From an uncultured Burkholderiales bacterium (GTDB lineage Bacteria > Bacteroidota > Bacteroidia > UBA8524), in the NCBI GenBank assembly GCA_964584305.1, contig CAZOZL010000012.1, positions 2,873 to 66,872 on the forward strand: a DNA stretch of 64,000 nt, in the 5' to 3' direction. Every line of letters begins with the position of its first letter. Within the stretch, counting starts at the first letter, position 1. The notes beneath the pieces were generated by a model. That model was not told where the DNA came from, did no database searches, and saw only the letters and a program-made list of their open reading frames with translations. Positions 1-10,372 of the stretch are shown in pieces. The translations under genes were made by a program, and so were the position numbers.

Positions 1-318
1 CTATCTATTGAAGAAATGACTGGTGGAACATTTACTATTACCAATGGTGGGGTATTTGGGTCGTTATTATCAACGCCTATTATAAACCCACCTCAATCGG
101 CAATTTTAGGAATGCACAATATTGTTGAACGCCCTATTGTAATTGATGGGCAAATTGTAGCCCGCCCTATGATGTACGTAGCCGTTTCTTACGACCATAG
201 AATTATTGACGGGCGTGAGTCTGTAAGTTTTTTAGTAAAACTAAAACAACAGCTTGAAAACCCCGTGCAATTACTCACAGGTGGTAAAAACCCTGATGAG
301 TTTATGTTAGGGTTATAG
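1..318 (+). CDS. sucB: 2-oxo acid dehydrogenase E2 (dihydrolipoamide succinyltransferase), C-terminal fragment; 5' end lies outside the window
   Basis: Catalytic motif DHRIIDGRE. The C-terminus [32 protein letters not shown]...[14 protein letters not shown] is almost collinear with the E. coli SucB C-terminus. The ORF runs off the left edge. Confidence 0.8.
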   Translation, partial: LSIEEMTGGTFTITNGGVFGSLLSTPIINPPQSAILGMHNIVERPIVIDGQIVARPMMYVAVSYDHRIIDGRESVSFLVKLKQQLENPVQLLTGGKNPDEFMLGL

Positions 319-367
319 ATAAATAAGATTTAGAATGTTGCATGGGTTATATTTCTTTTAAAGTGCT

Positions 368-484
368 AAAAGCCCTATAACTAACATAGAAACAGGTTGA
401 AACCTGCCGCAATTCATAATCGTTATCACAACCTTTATGTATAGAGCGGGCAGTCATGCCTATTCCGTCTCTTTTAGTAGGGTA
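368..484 (+). repeat. structured intergenic repeat, copy A (modules H0-H1-H2)
   Basis: About 85-90% identical to the reverse complement of 49198-49311 over roughly 100 nt. Contains CAGGTTGAAACCTG (H1) and GGGCA-gtca-TGCC (H2). Confidence 0.8.
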
Positions 485-517
485 ATAATGCAAAAAATAC
501 CTCACACTCGTAGTGAG

Positions 518-1090
518 TTATTCCATTGTTTCAATAAATTCTTTTATTACCATGGGGAAATGCTTTTGTTCTAAGTCGTGTATTTTGTTGGCAAGGGTGT
601 GGGCGGTATCGTTTGTAGTAATTTTTGTTTTAGCCTGAAATAGCTTTTTTCCTTTGTCGTATTGTTGGGTTACAATATGTATGGTAATACCGCTTACTCT
701 TTTGGTAGAGCGTATCACAGCTTCGTGTACGTACATACCGTACATTCCTTTTCCGCCAAAATCGGGCAATAGTGAAGGGTGTATATTAATAATCCGTTTG
801 GGATATGCGGTTATTAAATTTTCGGGAATTAGCCATAAAAAACCTGCCAATACTATTATATCAGCTTCAAATGCTTGTATAAGTTCTACTATTCTTTGGC
901 TGGTATAAAAATCAGATTTATTAAATATAATACAGGGGATACTCAGTTTTTCGCATCGCTTAATTACGTGGGCATTGGGGTTATTACAAAATACGGCGGC
1001 TACCTTACCCGAACTGTCTTTACCAAAAAACTCGGCAATATTTTGAACGTTTGTTCCTGAGCCTGACGCAAAAAGTACAATGTTTTTCAC
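518..1090 (-). CDS. purN: phosphoribosylglycinamide formyltransferase
   Basis: 190 aa. N-terminal LFASGSGTNVQNI and HPSLLP...GGKGMYGMYVHEAV are typical of PurN formyltransferase. Confidence 0.85.
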   Translation of the reverse strand: MKNIVLFASGSGTNVQNIAEFFGKDSSGKVAAVFCNNPNAHVIKRCEKLSIPCIIFNKSDFYTSQRIVELIQAFEADIIVLAGFLWLIPENLITAYPKRIINIHPSLLPDFGGKGMYGMYVHEAVIRSTKRVSGITIHIVTQQYDKGKKLFQAKTKITTNDTAHTLANKIHDLEQKHFPMVIKEFIETME

Positions 1091-1107
1091 TGTTGCTAAT
1101 ATACAAG

Positions 1108-2604
1108 CTAAAATTTAAGTTCGGTATTTACCGCCTCATTTAAAAAGGCATTGAAATTATTTGCATTATTAAATAGGTGTAGCGGTACAACACTTATTAT
1201 AAAATTGGTGGTGTTATCACTTTTACGAACACGTTTTGATACTAAAGTAGAAACACCCGTCCAGCGACTAATAACACTGCTTTTTTCTCGGGTTATTATA
1301 CCATTATACAAGGGCGAAAAACTAAAATCAACATTAGAAAGGGGCAACTCATAAGGGCGAACGCCTGTTAAAAAGTTGGGAGTTGTAAGTATAGGCCATC
1401 CTATGTTTAGGGGTACAAGCGAGTCGTTTTGTTGCATTAAAAAAGCATCAGCATTGCTTACAGGTAAAAACTTGCCTACGGGCGTAAAATCTATGTATGT
1501 AGGAGTTTCGGGAATATTATCGTTGGCGGCTGAAATCATTAACATTCGTCCATCATTATTAAAAAATAAACCCGACGATTTTTGTAATAAACTCATGCTA
1601 AATTCAGTATCATCACTAAACCAAAAAATATGGTCGAAAAACTTAAATATTTGTGATTGTGTAAACGGGTCGGGCGATAACTCGCTATAATTATTGGCTA
1701 CTAATTCGGTCGCCATCATTATATCGTATGGGTTGTTGTTTACGGCATTAAAAGCGGTGGTGTAAAAATTTTGTATGCTTGCCCGTTGAAATTGTGATGA
1801 TACGGCATTTACCAATAGTATTTTGCCTTTGGGTTTGCGCACCCATATTTTGTTTGATGCTGAAAAGGGAGAAGTTGCTCCTACTTTATCAATGGCTCGT
1901 ATAAATAGTGTGTTACTATCATCAAGCAATAGCCCGCTAAGTGGGCTACCCGATGGGTTTTTACTGTTGCCCAAATATACATCGCAACTGGTAGTTGTGC
2001 CGCTAAGGTCTTTTCCTACAATCAAAAAATCTCTAAAAGCTGGTGGAACTTTAATTTTAGAACCTGTGGTATCATTCAGGCAAATTTCAAATGAGTCTAA
2101 CGAGGCTATACCATCCAAGTCTTCGGCACGCCAAAAAAAACGTAGTGCAGGGAAACTGCGGGTGGGGTTGCGCGAAGGCACTGCCGTTGGCGAATAAAAA
2201 CCTACCGTAGGCGATGTATTTTTTACGGGATAAAACAAACGGGCAGGACTGGGGTCGGCTTCGCCTTTATTATCAATAGCACGCACTTCAAATTTAAAAT
2301 CAAAAGTATCTCTGTTGTTGGGTATAATGAGCAAAAAGGTAGAGTCTTGGCGGCGGGTAAACTTCCAAGCACTATCGTTTATGCGGTATTCAAAGCCTGC
2401 TACATAGCCATCGTCATCCGTACCCCACCATTGTATTTTTACTTGCGATGCGAAACGGTTATTACCCGCTCTGCTAATGGTATCGGCAATTACTGAGGTT
2501 TCAGGCGCAATATTGGTTTTTTCAGCCCCCTCAAACCCTTTTTTACAAGCCGTTAATGCTGCAATAGCAGCTATATAATACAAGTATTTTATGCCCTTAT
2601 ACAT
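1108..2604 (-). CDS. hypothetical lipoprotein (signal peptide plus Cys lipobox LTACKK)
   Basis: 498 aa with an N-terminal hydrophobic segment ending in a lipobox. No recognised catalytic motif. 18-bp gap to purN suggests an operon. Confidence 0.5.
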   Translation of the reverse strand: MYKGIKYLYYIAAIAALTACKKGFEGAEKTNIAPETSVIADTISRAGNNRFASQVKIQWWGTDDDGYVAGFEYRINDSAWKFTRRQDSTFLLIIPNNRDTFDFKFEVRAIDNKGEADPSPARLFYPVKNTSPTVGFYSPTAVPSRNPTRSFPALRFFWRAEDLDGIASLDSFEICLNDTTGSKIKVPPAFRDFLIVGKDLSGTTTSCDVYLGNSKNPSGSPLSGLLLDDSNTLFIRAIDKVGATSPFSASNKIWVRKPKGKILLVNAVSSQFQRASIQNFYTTAFNAVNNNPYDIMMATELVANNYSELSPDPFTQSQIFKFFDHIFWFSDDTEFSMSLLQKSSGLFFNNDGRMLMISAANDNIPETPTYIDFTPVGKFLPVSNADAFLMQQNDSLVPLNIGWPILTTPNFLTGVRPYELPLSNVDFSFSPLYNGIITREKSSVISRWTGVSTLVSKRVRKSDNTTNFIISVVPLHLFNNANNFNAFLNEAVNTELKF

Positions 2605-2717
2605 GGTGCGAATTTACTTATTTTATCGGTATGTAAATAGTAAATAAGGCATTGGGTTTTACACAAGAAATAATATTGAGGTGATAAATAAAATCCTTTT
2701 GTCCTAATATTGCCAGC

Positions 2718-3353
2718 ATGAATGCTACACAATGGATAGTACTTAGTGGCACAACATCATCGGGAAAAACTACCATAAGTCAATTTTTTGAACGTTTGGG
2801 TTTTCCTACTGTGCCTGATTTAACTCGTGTGTATATTGATACCCTTTTTAGTGAGGGCTATACTATTGGGGAAATACGAAATGATAAAAATCTGTTTTTT
2901 CATAAAGTACACGAGTTTAGATTGTGGTGGGAGGAGAAATTGAGCCAATTTAGCAATGTACCGATAGTCTTCGATCGTGCTGCACCTGAAATTATTGCTT
3001 ATGCCCGTGTAGATGGTTTTGATGAAAACAGTTTTTGGGGAACTGTGAAAAAATACCGCTACCAAACGGTGTTTATACCCCAACCTTTGGCTTTTGAGTC
3101 TGATGGTATGCGAAATAATGACCCTCAACGCCGTCTGCGTGTTTTTGAGGAGTTAAAAGATGTGTATACTAATTTAGGTTATGGTATTATTGAGATACCT
3201 GTTTTGTCTGCTGAAAAGAGAGAAGTATTTTTACAACAGCATTTAAAAGTAATGGAAATTAAACCACCAAAAAATGCTGACGAGGTTAAAGTTTATATAA
3301 ACGAAGTAATGGGGGAGTATATTGAGAGGATAACGAATTTAGAGCGAAGCTAG
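2718..3353 (+). CDS. P-loop NTPase (AAA_28 / NadR-kinase-like ATPase)
   Basis: Walker A LSGTTSSGKTT at the N-terminus; 211 aa. Confidence 0.5.
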   Translation: MNATQWIVLSGTTSSGKTTISQFFERLGFPTVPDLTRVYIDTLFSEGYTIGEIRNDKNLFFHKVHEFRLWWEEKLSQFSNVPIVFDRAAPEIIAYARVDGFDENSFWGTVKKYRYQTVFIPQPLAFESDGMRNNDPQRRLRVFEELKDVYTNLGYGIIEIPVLSAEKREVFLQQHLKVMEIKPPKNADEVKVYINEVMGEYIERITNLERS

Positions 3354-3420
3354 TTTAAAGTTTGTTTCTACACATAGCTATAGTTTAATGCCAGTTCTTT
3401 AATTATTATGTATCCATACA

Positions 3421-4347
3421 TTAATCATCCAATAAAATAACGCCCAATATTTCGTCTTCCATAAAACGCCCACCGGGGTAGTTTTCTGTATAGTCAAGGT
3501 TTAGCCAAATATTACCGCTTTCGTCAATATGGTAGTGTAGTGAGTTGCCTTTGGTTTCTTCTACAAATAGTTTTTCTCTTATCAGGTAGTTTATTTCTTC
3601 TAAATCTTGCTTATTGCCTATATATATTTCGGGGTACAGGTGTCCTGTGGTGTGTATCATGCGGGGGCGTGCGCCAATGGCTTTTAGGCAGGCACTCATA
3701 AATATGGTATGGTCATCACAATCGCCAGCAAAAAGGTCGACGGTTTCGCTGGCTTTGGCATAATACTCGCTACTTTCAGGGTCGCTCACATAATTCCAAC
3801 GGTTGTTTATTTCCTTAAAAATAGAAAAACTTTGTATGGTAACTCTGTGCTTGCTATATACACCCTCATTAAATTTTGTAAAGTTTTTCGAGGCTAATTT
3901 TACCGCTAAATTCCGTACCACGTCCGATTTATAATCTACCGCTGCTTTTACTTGAGATTTCATCGGAAATGCTATTACCTCATTTATAACAATATGCTCA
4001 GGATTAGGGCTATTTGCCATATTATATAGCAGTACTTTATAATCAGTATAAAAATTTAGAAAGCCGTATTTGTTCCAAATACTGCCATAAGCCAGCCAGC
4101 ACATTGCCAATACAAAACCGATGAGTATAATGGGCTTAAAAACATTTAATAATATACGAATTAGGAAATAAATAGCGGTGGCTAAAAGTATGCGGTCTAT
4201 ATAAAGTGGCCAATTAGGGTTGGGCAATACTTTGTGCAGTATGATAAAAATGGGCAATACAAAAAAGTAGGAAAGAAAAGTTATAATACCATCAGCAATG
4301 GAGTTTTTTTCTTTCTCGTTTTCCTTTGTGTTAATTGCCTCTTCCAT
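3421..4347 (-). CDS. transglutaminase-like membrane protein
   Basis: Three N-terminal TM segments. C-terminal GDCDDHTIFMSACLKAIGARPRMIHTTGH resembles the transglutaminase-like Cys-His-Asp core. Confidence 0.55.
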   Translation of the reverse strand: MEEAINTKENEKEKNSIADGIITFLSYFFVLPIFIILHKVLPNPNWPLYIDRILLATAIYFLIRILLNVFKPIILIGFVLAMCWLAYGSIWNKYGFLNFYTDYKVLLYNMANSPNPEHIVINEVIAFPMKSQVKAAVDYKSDVVRNLAVKLASKNFTKFNEGVYSKHRVTIQSFSIFKEINNRWNYVSDPESSEYYAKASETVDLFAGDCDDHTIFMSACLKAIGARPRMIHTTGHLYPEIYIGNKQDLEEINYLIREKLFVEETKGNSLHYHIDESGNIWLNLDYTENYPGGRFMEDEILGVILLDD

Positions 4348-4466
4348 CTCATTTTATATAAACGATAATAGCACTGCAAAGGTACGATAGTTACGCTTGT
4401 GTGCCATTATTTATTTTAAAAATACTTGTATAATGTGGTGTATAAAAATCGCTACTTTTGCCTGCT

Positions 4467-5556
4467 ATGACCACAGACCAATATAAAGATTTAAGAGGTA
4501 GAGTTGAAGCCTTGAGGAGGTACCTTTGACGTTGATGCCAAGCTGAAAAGAATTGAAGAGGCTGAAGCCATTACGCTTGAGCCTAATTTTTGGGATAACC
4601 CGAAAAATGCCGAAAAACATCTAAAAAGTATTAAAAAAGAAAAAGTTTGGACACAAGCCTTTAATAAAGTGCAAACCAAACTTGATGACCTTAGTGTTTT
4701 ACACGAGTTTGCCGAAATGGGTGAAGAGGTGGGGAGCGAGTTAGAAACTCAATACAACGCTACGATAAAAGCGGTGGACGAGTTGGAGTTTAAAAATATG
4801 TTGAGTGGCGAGGAAGACCAATTGGGGGCTATTGTGAATATAAATGCAGGAGCAGGCGGAACTGAAAGCCAAGACTGGGCAGAGATGCTAATGCGTATGT
4901 ATATAATGTGGGGTGAGAAAAACGGCTTTAAAGTTTCCGAGTTAGACTATCAAGCGGGAGAAGGGGCGGGTATAAAATCGTGCAGTTTGCAGATTGATGG
5001 TGAGTTTGCCTATGGCTACCTAAAGGGTGAAAACGGCGTACATCGTTTAGTACGTATCTCTCCTTTTGATAGTAATGCTCGCAGGCATACCTCCTTCACA
5101 TCGGTATATGTGTATCCTGCGGTAGATGATAGTATAGATATAGAAATTAATCCTTCTGATTTGGAGGTTACTACTGCTCGCTCTGGTGGTGCAGGGGGGC
5201 AAAATGTGAACAAGGTGGAGACAAAGGTACACATGAAACATTTGCCTACGGGTATTGTAGTGGTGTGCCAAGCCGACCGTAGCCAATTAGGCAATCGTGA
5301 AAAAGCATTGCAAATGCTAAAATCACAATTGTATGAGCTGGAAATGCGAAAACGAAACGAAGCCAAAGCAGAGGTAGAAGCAGGTAAGAAAAAAATAGAG
5401 TGGGGTTCACAAATACGTAGTTATGTATTGCATCCTTATAAAATGGTAAAAGATACCCGTACTAACTATGAAACCAGTAATGCACAGGGTGTATTAGACG
5501 GTGAGTTGGATGGTTTTATTAAAGCCTTTTTAATGGAGTTTGGTAGTAAGAAGTAA
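4467..5556 (+). CDS. prfB: peptide chain release factor 2 with programmed +1 frameshift (frame 0 4467..4526, then +1 frame from 4528)
   Basis: Frame 0 reads [20 protein letters not shown] then UGA. The sequence GAGGAGG-TAC-CTT-TGA-C at 4514-4530 is the canonical RF2 shift site (internal SD, 3-nt spacer, CUU UGA C). The +1 frame continues [14 protein letters not shown]... into the ORF-track ORF 4669..5556, which carries the GGQ motif ([14 protein letters not shown]). Confidence 0.9.
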
Positions 5557-5611
5557 AAAATTGTTAAGGGGTGCACTTGTTTTTAATAAGTCAATTTTTA
5601 GGGGTGCACTT

Positions 5612-8600
5612 CTACTCTTTAGGCCAAGTAAAGTAAAAAGTTGCGCCTTTTCCTTTTGCTGATTCTACCCATACTTCGCCGCCTTTTTCGTCTATTATTT
5701 TTTTCACTATGGCAAGCCCTACGCCGGTACTTTCTACCTTGTCTCGTGCTTCAAGAGTTTGGAAAATGACAAATATTTTCTCGTGGTATTCTTCTTCAAT
5801 ACCATCTCCATTATCAGTAATTCCAAATTTATAAAACTTGCCTATTTCTTTACAGGTTATTTTCAGGGTAGGTTTAGGGTTTTTATTGTACTTAATAACA
5901 TTGCTAATAAAATTAGCGAATATCTGTTCTAAGGCTATTTTTTCGGTAGTAAGCGTGGGTAGTTTTGCGGGAATACTTATTTTAAGCTCTTTGGGTGGAG
6001 CTAACATATCTATTATTCCATCAATTAATGAGCGAATATTTACCGTACTTGGGTTAACGGTAATACGTCCTGCCCGTGAGTAGTTCAGTATTCCATTAAT
6101 AAGGTCTTCAAGTCTGCCTACTCTGCCTCTAAGTAGGTTAAATTGGTATTTTGTATCGCCTTTCAATTGCCCTTCAAGGTCTTCTTCAATCCACATACTA
6201 AGGTTGTTTATAGCTCGCAGTGGTGCTTTTAAATCGTGTGATACTATGTAGGCAAATTGGTCAAGTTCTTTATTAATACTTTCAAGTTCGTTGGTATATT
6301 CTTTTAGTTGGCGTTCTGCCTCTTTTTGCTGGGTTATATCCTGAAAAATGCCTCGCACATAAGGGACTCTACCCGCTTCAATTACGGGTATTCCTTTTGT
6401 TCTCACATCTAATATTTTATCCGTTTTTGTTATTATTTGCGATTGTATATCAAAAGGTTTTTTGTTATGTATTGCATTTTTAAGTGCCTCTACTATTGCA
6501 GGGCGGGTTTCTTTGGTATAAAAGGTATGTACATTATCAAGCGTGGGGGTAAAATCTTTTTTTACTGCTTGTATGGTGTACATTTCTTCACTCCAAGTAA
6601 CGGTATGGGTGCGCATATCAATTTCCCAGTTGCCCACGCGTGCTATGTGTTGCGCTTCTTGCAACTCGTTTTGCGATTTTAGTATTCTTTGTTCGGCAAG
6701 GGTGCTTTCTGTTACATCAAAGTTTACGCCAATCATGCGTAATGGTTTTTCTGTTTTTTCTTCTTTAAATAGTTTTGATATTGCTGTTATATAGCGTACT
6801 TCATTGTTTTTGGTGAGTATTCTAAAAGTATCTTTAAAATCGCCTTGTTTACCCTCGGTAGTGGCTTGTATGCTGTCGTATATGCGTTGTTTATCATCAG
6901 GGTGAAGTGTTTTATCAAAAGCATCGTAATCGCTCTTATAATCGTTGGGGTTTATATCAAACAAGGGGTACATTTCTTTATCCCATAGCAGGTTGTCTGT
7001 TACCAAGTTCCAATCCCAAATACCAAGCCGTGCGGCTTGGGTAGCAAGGGTTAAACGTTCTTGGCTATCTTGTAGTTTTTTTTCGGCGGCTTTTCTTTCA
7101 GTAATATCTAAGCCAAAGCCAATCACATTAGTTAACTCTCCCTCATTGTTTAGCAGGGGAAACATACGGCGCAGTGCCCATGTAGTGCCATTTGGCGTTT
7201 CTAAGGGTTCTTCAAATTCTATTTGCTCTTTGGTATAAGCCACTTTGTTAAATATAGCACGGCGGTTATGGGCTATGGTTTTGTCTCTTCCATATTTTTC
7301 GCAATAGTCATAGTCGTCTTTACCTATAATAAACGCCCTTTTTTCAGGGTCTATAAATGCCATCTCATTGGCAAACATATATCTATGTTTACTATCAAAA
7401 ACGGCTATTTCGGTGGGTATTTTGTTGAGTATAGTTTCGTAAAATGCTTGCAATTTTTTGCTTTCTTGCTCGGCCTCTTTACGGTCGGTAATATCGCGTG
7501 AGTTTAGCACTATGCCTTCAATACCTTGTACGTGAAGCAAATTGTTGGCTATACTTTCTACATATAGCCAGCTTCCGTTTTTGTGTTTGAAACGAAACTC
7601 TATAGGGTCTGATATTCCACCTCTATCCAATCCACTAAAAAATCTGCGGGTGGTTATTTTAATGTCATCAGGATGGATGAAATCGAAGAAGCTTTTGCCT
7701 ACTACTTCTTTTTCTTCGTAGCCAAAATTTCTGTAAAATGAGGGGCTTTCATACACTGTATCTCCCTTGTGGCTTAGTATGGTAGTAATATCTGTACTAT
7801 TTTGTACTAATAAGCGAAAGCGGTTTTCGCTTTCTTTTAGTTTTTCTTCTGCTTCTATTTGCTCGGTAATATCTGTTAGCACACCTTGAAAGTAGGCGGC
7901 ACTGTTTTCGTCTCCGTTTCTTACTATTTGTATGTCAGAGTCTATCCAATGGTAATTATCTTGACTATCTTTAAGTCTAAATCGCAGTTGTAGTTGTTCT
8001 GTCTTGTCTCTAAAACTTTGTAATACTTTGCGTGTTACTGGTTTCACATCATCAGGATGAACAAAATGTATAAAAGCAATATTTTGGCTTACCCATTCTT
8101 GGGCATCATAGCCATAAGCGGCAATGTTTTCTGATATATACTCAATATTAAGTTTAAAGTTGGGTGTCCAGCGGATGAGTAATGTGGTACTACTTTTTAT
8201 AATTAATTCTGATACTTGCGCTTTTTCCTGCGCTTCTTTTAACGGTGTAATATCTGTATGTGTACCTATAAATCTACGGTTTAATGTTCCGTTTTCCTCT
8301 TCACTTTCAATAATTTTCCCTCTGTCTAATATATATTTATATGTACCATCAGCACAAAGTAGCCTATACTCGTTTTGGTAATTATTGCTTTTTCCTTCTA
8401 CATGAGTTTCAAAAACTTTTCTAGCTTGGTTTCTATCTTCGGGATGAACAAACTCCCAAACTTGGGGAAACTGTGGCTGCATTGTAGGGTCTGTATAGCC
8501 AAACATTTCCTTCCACGTGTTTGATACAAACAGTGTGTTATTTTCAATGTCCCAATCCCAAACCCCATCTTGCCCACCACTAAGGGCGTATTTCCAGCGT

Positions 8601-9583
8601 TCTTCGCTTACTCTAAGCTCCTTTTCAAATTCTTTTTTCTCGGTTATATCGGCTTCTATACCTATAAATCCTGTAAGGTCATTACTATCATTTTTAATAG
8701 GCGTAAGGTTTATGGCTAACCAAAATTTTTTCCCACTTTTACTGTAATAGTGCATTTCGCCATTAAAAGGTTCGCCATTTTTTATGGCTAAGCGCATTGC
8801 TTTTAGGGTATTTTTCGAAGTATTTTCGCCTTGCAGCAAATCGCTAGGTTTTTTGCCCATCAACTCGTTTAAGGTATAGCCAGTAACACGTACAAAAGCC
8901 TCGTTTGCCCAAGTAACAGACCCCCTTATATCAAAAATTATAACAGAGTTTAGCGTTTTTTGGGCGACTATACTTAATTTTTTTATTTCCTCATCGGTTA
9001 TTTTTTTTGGTGTAATATCAGTTTTTATTGCCATGTACTGATATACTTCTCCTTGCGCGTTATGGAAGGGTATTATATTGGTAGCCTCCCAGTATTCTTT
9101 TCCTTTTTTTGTTCGATTTTTTACCTCACCGCTCCATATTTCGCCTTTGCTGATGGTTGCCCAAAGGGTTTTCCAAAAATTTTCGGTATGATAGCCTGAT
9201 GTTATTACTTTATGTGGCTTGCCCACAAGCTCTTTTTTACTGTAGCCGCTGGTTTCGCAAAACCTGTTGTTTACATCGGTTATAATACCCTCAGTATTGG
9301 TATAACTCACTGAAAAACTGGCATCCACTGCCTTGCCAAACTCATTTAGCTTTTTGTATGATTCTGTTAGTGCTTCTTTTATCTCGTCTTTCTCATTATT
9401 TAAAAGGTTTTTGCTTTTAAATAACTCTTGTGAGTTTAACTCTAATTCCTGTGCAAGATGTTTATAGTCATCGTCAAAATTTTGGTAGGAATTGTTAATA
9501 TCCTCAAGCAGTTGTTTTATTTCTGCTGGAGTTTTATCACTATTAAGATGTTTCTTTAGTTGCTTTTTTAATAGCTTATGCAT
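5612..9583 (-). CDS. multi-PAS/PAC sensor histidine kinase (about 8 PAS repeats, HisKA, HATPase_c; no receiver)
   Basis: 1323 aa. Repeated PAS/PAC-like blocks (WDWD/WEID... motifs). H-box FAYIVSHDLKAPLRAI. C-terminal G-boxes DNGDGI and GTGVGLAIVKKII. Confidence 0.85.
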   Translation of the reverse strand: MHKLLKKQLKKHLNSDKTPAEIKQLLEDINNSYQNFDDDYKHLAQELELNSQELFKSKNLLNNEKDEIKEALTESYKKLNEFGKAVDASFSVSYTNTEGIITDVNNRFCETSGYSKKELVGKPHKVITSGYHTENFWKTLWATISKGEIWSGEVKNRTKKGKEYWEATNIIPFHNAQGEVYQYMAIKTDITPKKITDEEIKKLSIVAQKTLNSVIIFDIRGSVTWANEAFVRVTGYTLNELMGKKPSDLLQGENTSKNTLKAMRLAIKNGEPFNGEMHYYSKSGKKFWLAINLTPIKNDSNDLTGFIGIEADITEKKEFEKELRVSEERWKYALSGGQDGVWDWDIENNTLFVSNTWKEMFGYTDPTMQPQFPQVWEFVHPEDRNQARKVFETHVEGKSNNYQNEYRLLCADGTYKYILDRGKIIESEEENGTLNRRFIGTHTDITPLKEAQEKAQVSELIIKSSTTLLIRWTPNFKLNIEYISENIAAYGYDAQEWVSQNIAFIHFVHPDDVKPVTRKVLQSFRDKTEQLQLRFRLKDSQDNYHWIDSDIQIVRNGDENSAAYFQGVLTDITEQIEAEEKLKESENRFRLLVQNSTDITTILSHKGDTVYESPSFYRNFGYEEKEVVGKSFFDFIHPDDIKITTRRFFSGLDRGGISDPIEFRFKHKNGSWLYVESIANNLLHVQGIEGIVLNSRDITDRKEAEQESKKLQAFYETILNKIPTEIAVFDSKHRYMFANEMAFIDPEKRAFIIGKDDYDYCEKYGRDKTIAHNRRAIFNKVAYTKEQIEFEEPLETPNGTTWALRRMFPLLNNEGELTNVIGFGLDITERKAAEKKLQDSQERLTLATQAARLGIWDWNLVTDNLLWDKEMYPLFDINPNDYKSDYDAFDKTLHPDDKQRIYDSIQATTEGKQGDFKDTFRILTKNNEVRYITAISKLFKEEKTEKPLRMIGVNFDVTESTLAEQRILKSQNELQEAQHIARVGNWEIDMRTHTVTWSEEMYTIQAVKKDFTPTLDNVHTFYTKETRPAIVEALKNAIHNKKPFDIQSQIITKTDKILDVRTKGIPVIEAGRVPYVRGIFQDITQQKEAERQLKEYTNELESINKELDQFAYIVSHDLKAPLRAINNLSMWIEEDLEGQLKGDTKYQFNLLRGRVGRLEDLINGILNYSRAGRITVNPSTVNIRSLIDGIIDMLAPPKELKISIPAKLPTLTTEKIALEQIFANFISNVIKYNKNPKPTLKITCKEIGKFYKFGITDNGDGIEEEYHEKIFVIFQTLEARDKVESTGVGLAIVKKIIDEKGGEVWVESAKGKGATFYFTWPKE

Positions 9584-9821
9584 TAATTTTTTATTTTTTT
9601 GCTAAGTAAGAATAAATAGTTAGTGTTTGCTTATGTAGTTTACTTTTTAGTTGCCCAATATTTTTGTTTGTGAAATAATGTTGTACTATTTCATAGTAAG
9701 GTGTCGATAAATTCCAATTGCAATGTATTAAATTTTGATAAGAAAATGCTAACTTTTTAAAATATAGGATGTTTATTTGCGATGGTGAATAATTTTTATA
9801 AATTTTTTTCAATTTATAATA

Positions 9822-9829
9822 TAGCTTTG
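9822..9829 (+). promoter_or_regulatory. candidate Bacteroidota -7 element (TAGCTTTG) 10 nt upstream of the Hpt start codon
   Basis: Matches TAnnTTTG. The AT-rich region upstream has only an imperfect -33. Confidence 0.35.
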
Positions 9830-9839
9830 TATCTCTTTC

Positions 9840-10178
9840 ATGGAAAAATTATACGACTTATCTGAATTTGAGGCATTAGCCATGGGCGATGAGGGCTTTA
9901 TTAAAGAGCTTTTAGCCGCTAATATTGAAAGTATTGAAGAAGGCATTGTCGATATTGATAGTAGTATAAATACAGGTGATTTAGATGCTGCTGGGCAAGC
10001 GGCACATAAAATTAAGCCATTATTGGCTATGCTAAAGGCAGGTGATATATATCAAAGTATTGTTGACTTGGAACGTTTTGCACATAAAGAACCCAACCCA
10101 GAGATGGCGCAAGCAGCTTATAAGATATTTCAAGCTAAAGCTCCTATTCTTATAGAGCAACTTAAAGCATTACTTTAG
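9840..10178 (+). CDS. Hpt (histidine phosphotransfer) domain protein
   Basis: 112 aa. AAHKIKPLLAMLKAG matches the Hpt phospho-histidine motif (AHxLKGxxxxxG-like). Divergent from the big PAS kinase. Confidence 0.6.
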   Translation: MEKLYDLSEFEALAMGDEGFIKELLAANIESIEEGIVDIDSSINTGDLDAAGQAAHKIKPLLAMLKAGDIYQSIVDLERFAHKEPNPEMAQAAYKIFQAKAPILIEQLKALL

Positions 10179-10372
10179 TTTTATTCGCACACAGTTTATA
10201 GGTTTTGGACTATTGTAGCGTGTTATTCCTACGAAAGCAGGAATTCTTTAGTTTAAGATGGTTAAAAACTTTGCTGTAGTTTTAGTTTTATGCCTGCTAT
10301 AGGCGGTCAAATTTCTATTACAAAATAATATACCTGTTTTACTCCGACTCACATTACACGTAAAGTAACTGC

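Noticed and set aside
654-2197. Several 60-124-aa ORFs antisense to purN and the lipoprotein gene
   Set aside because: Antisense overlaps of well-supported genes with no motifs.
9591-9812. 73-aa ORF in the kinase/Hpt intergenic region
   Set aside because: AT-rich promoter region with Lys/Asn/Tyr-rich composition; likely spurious.
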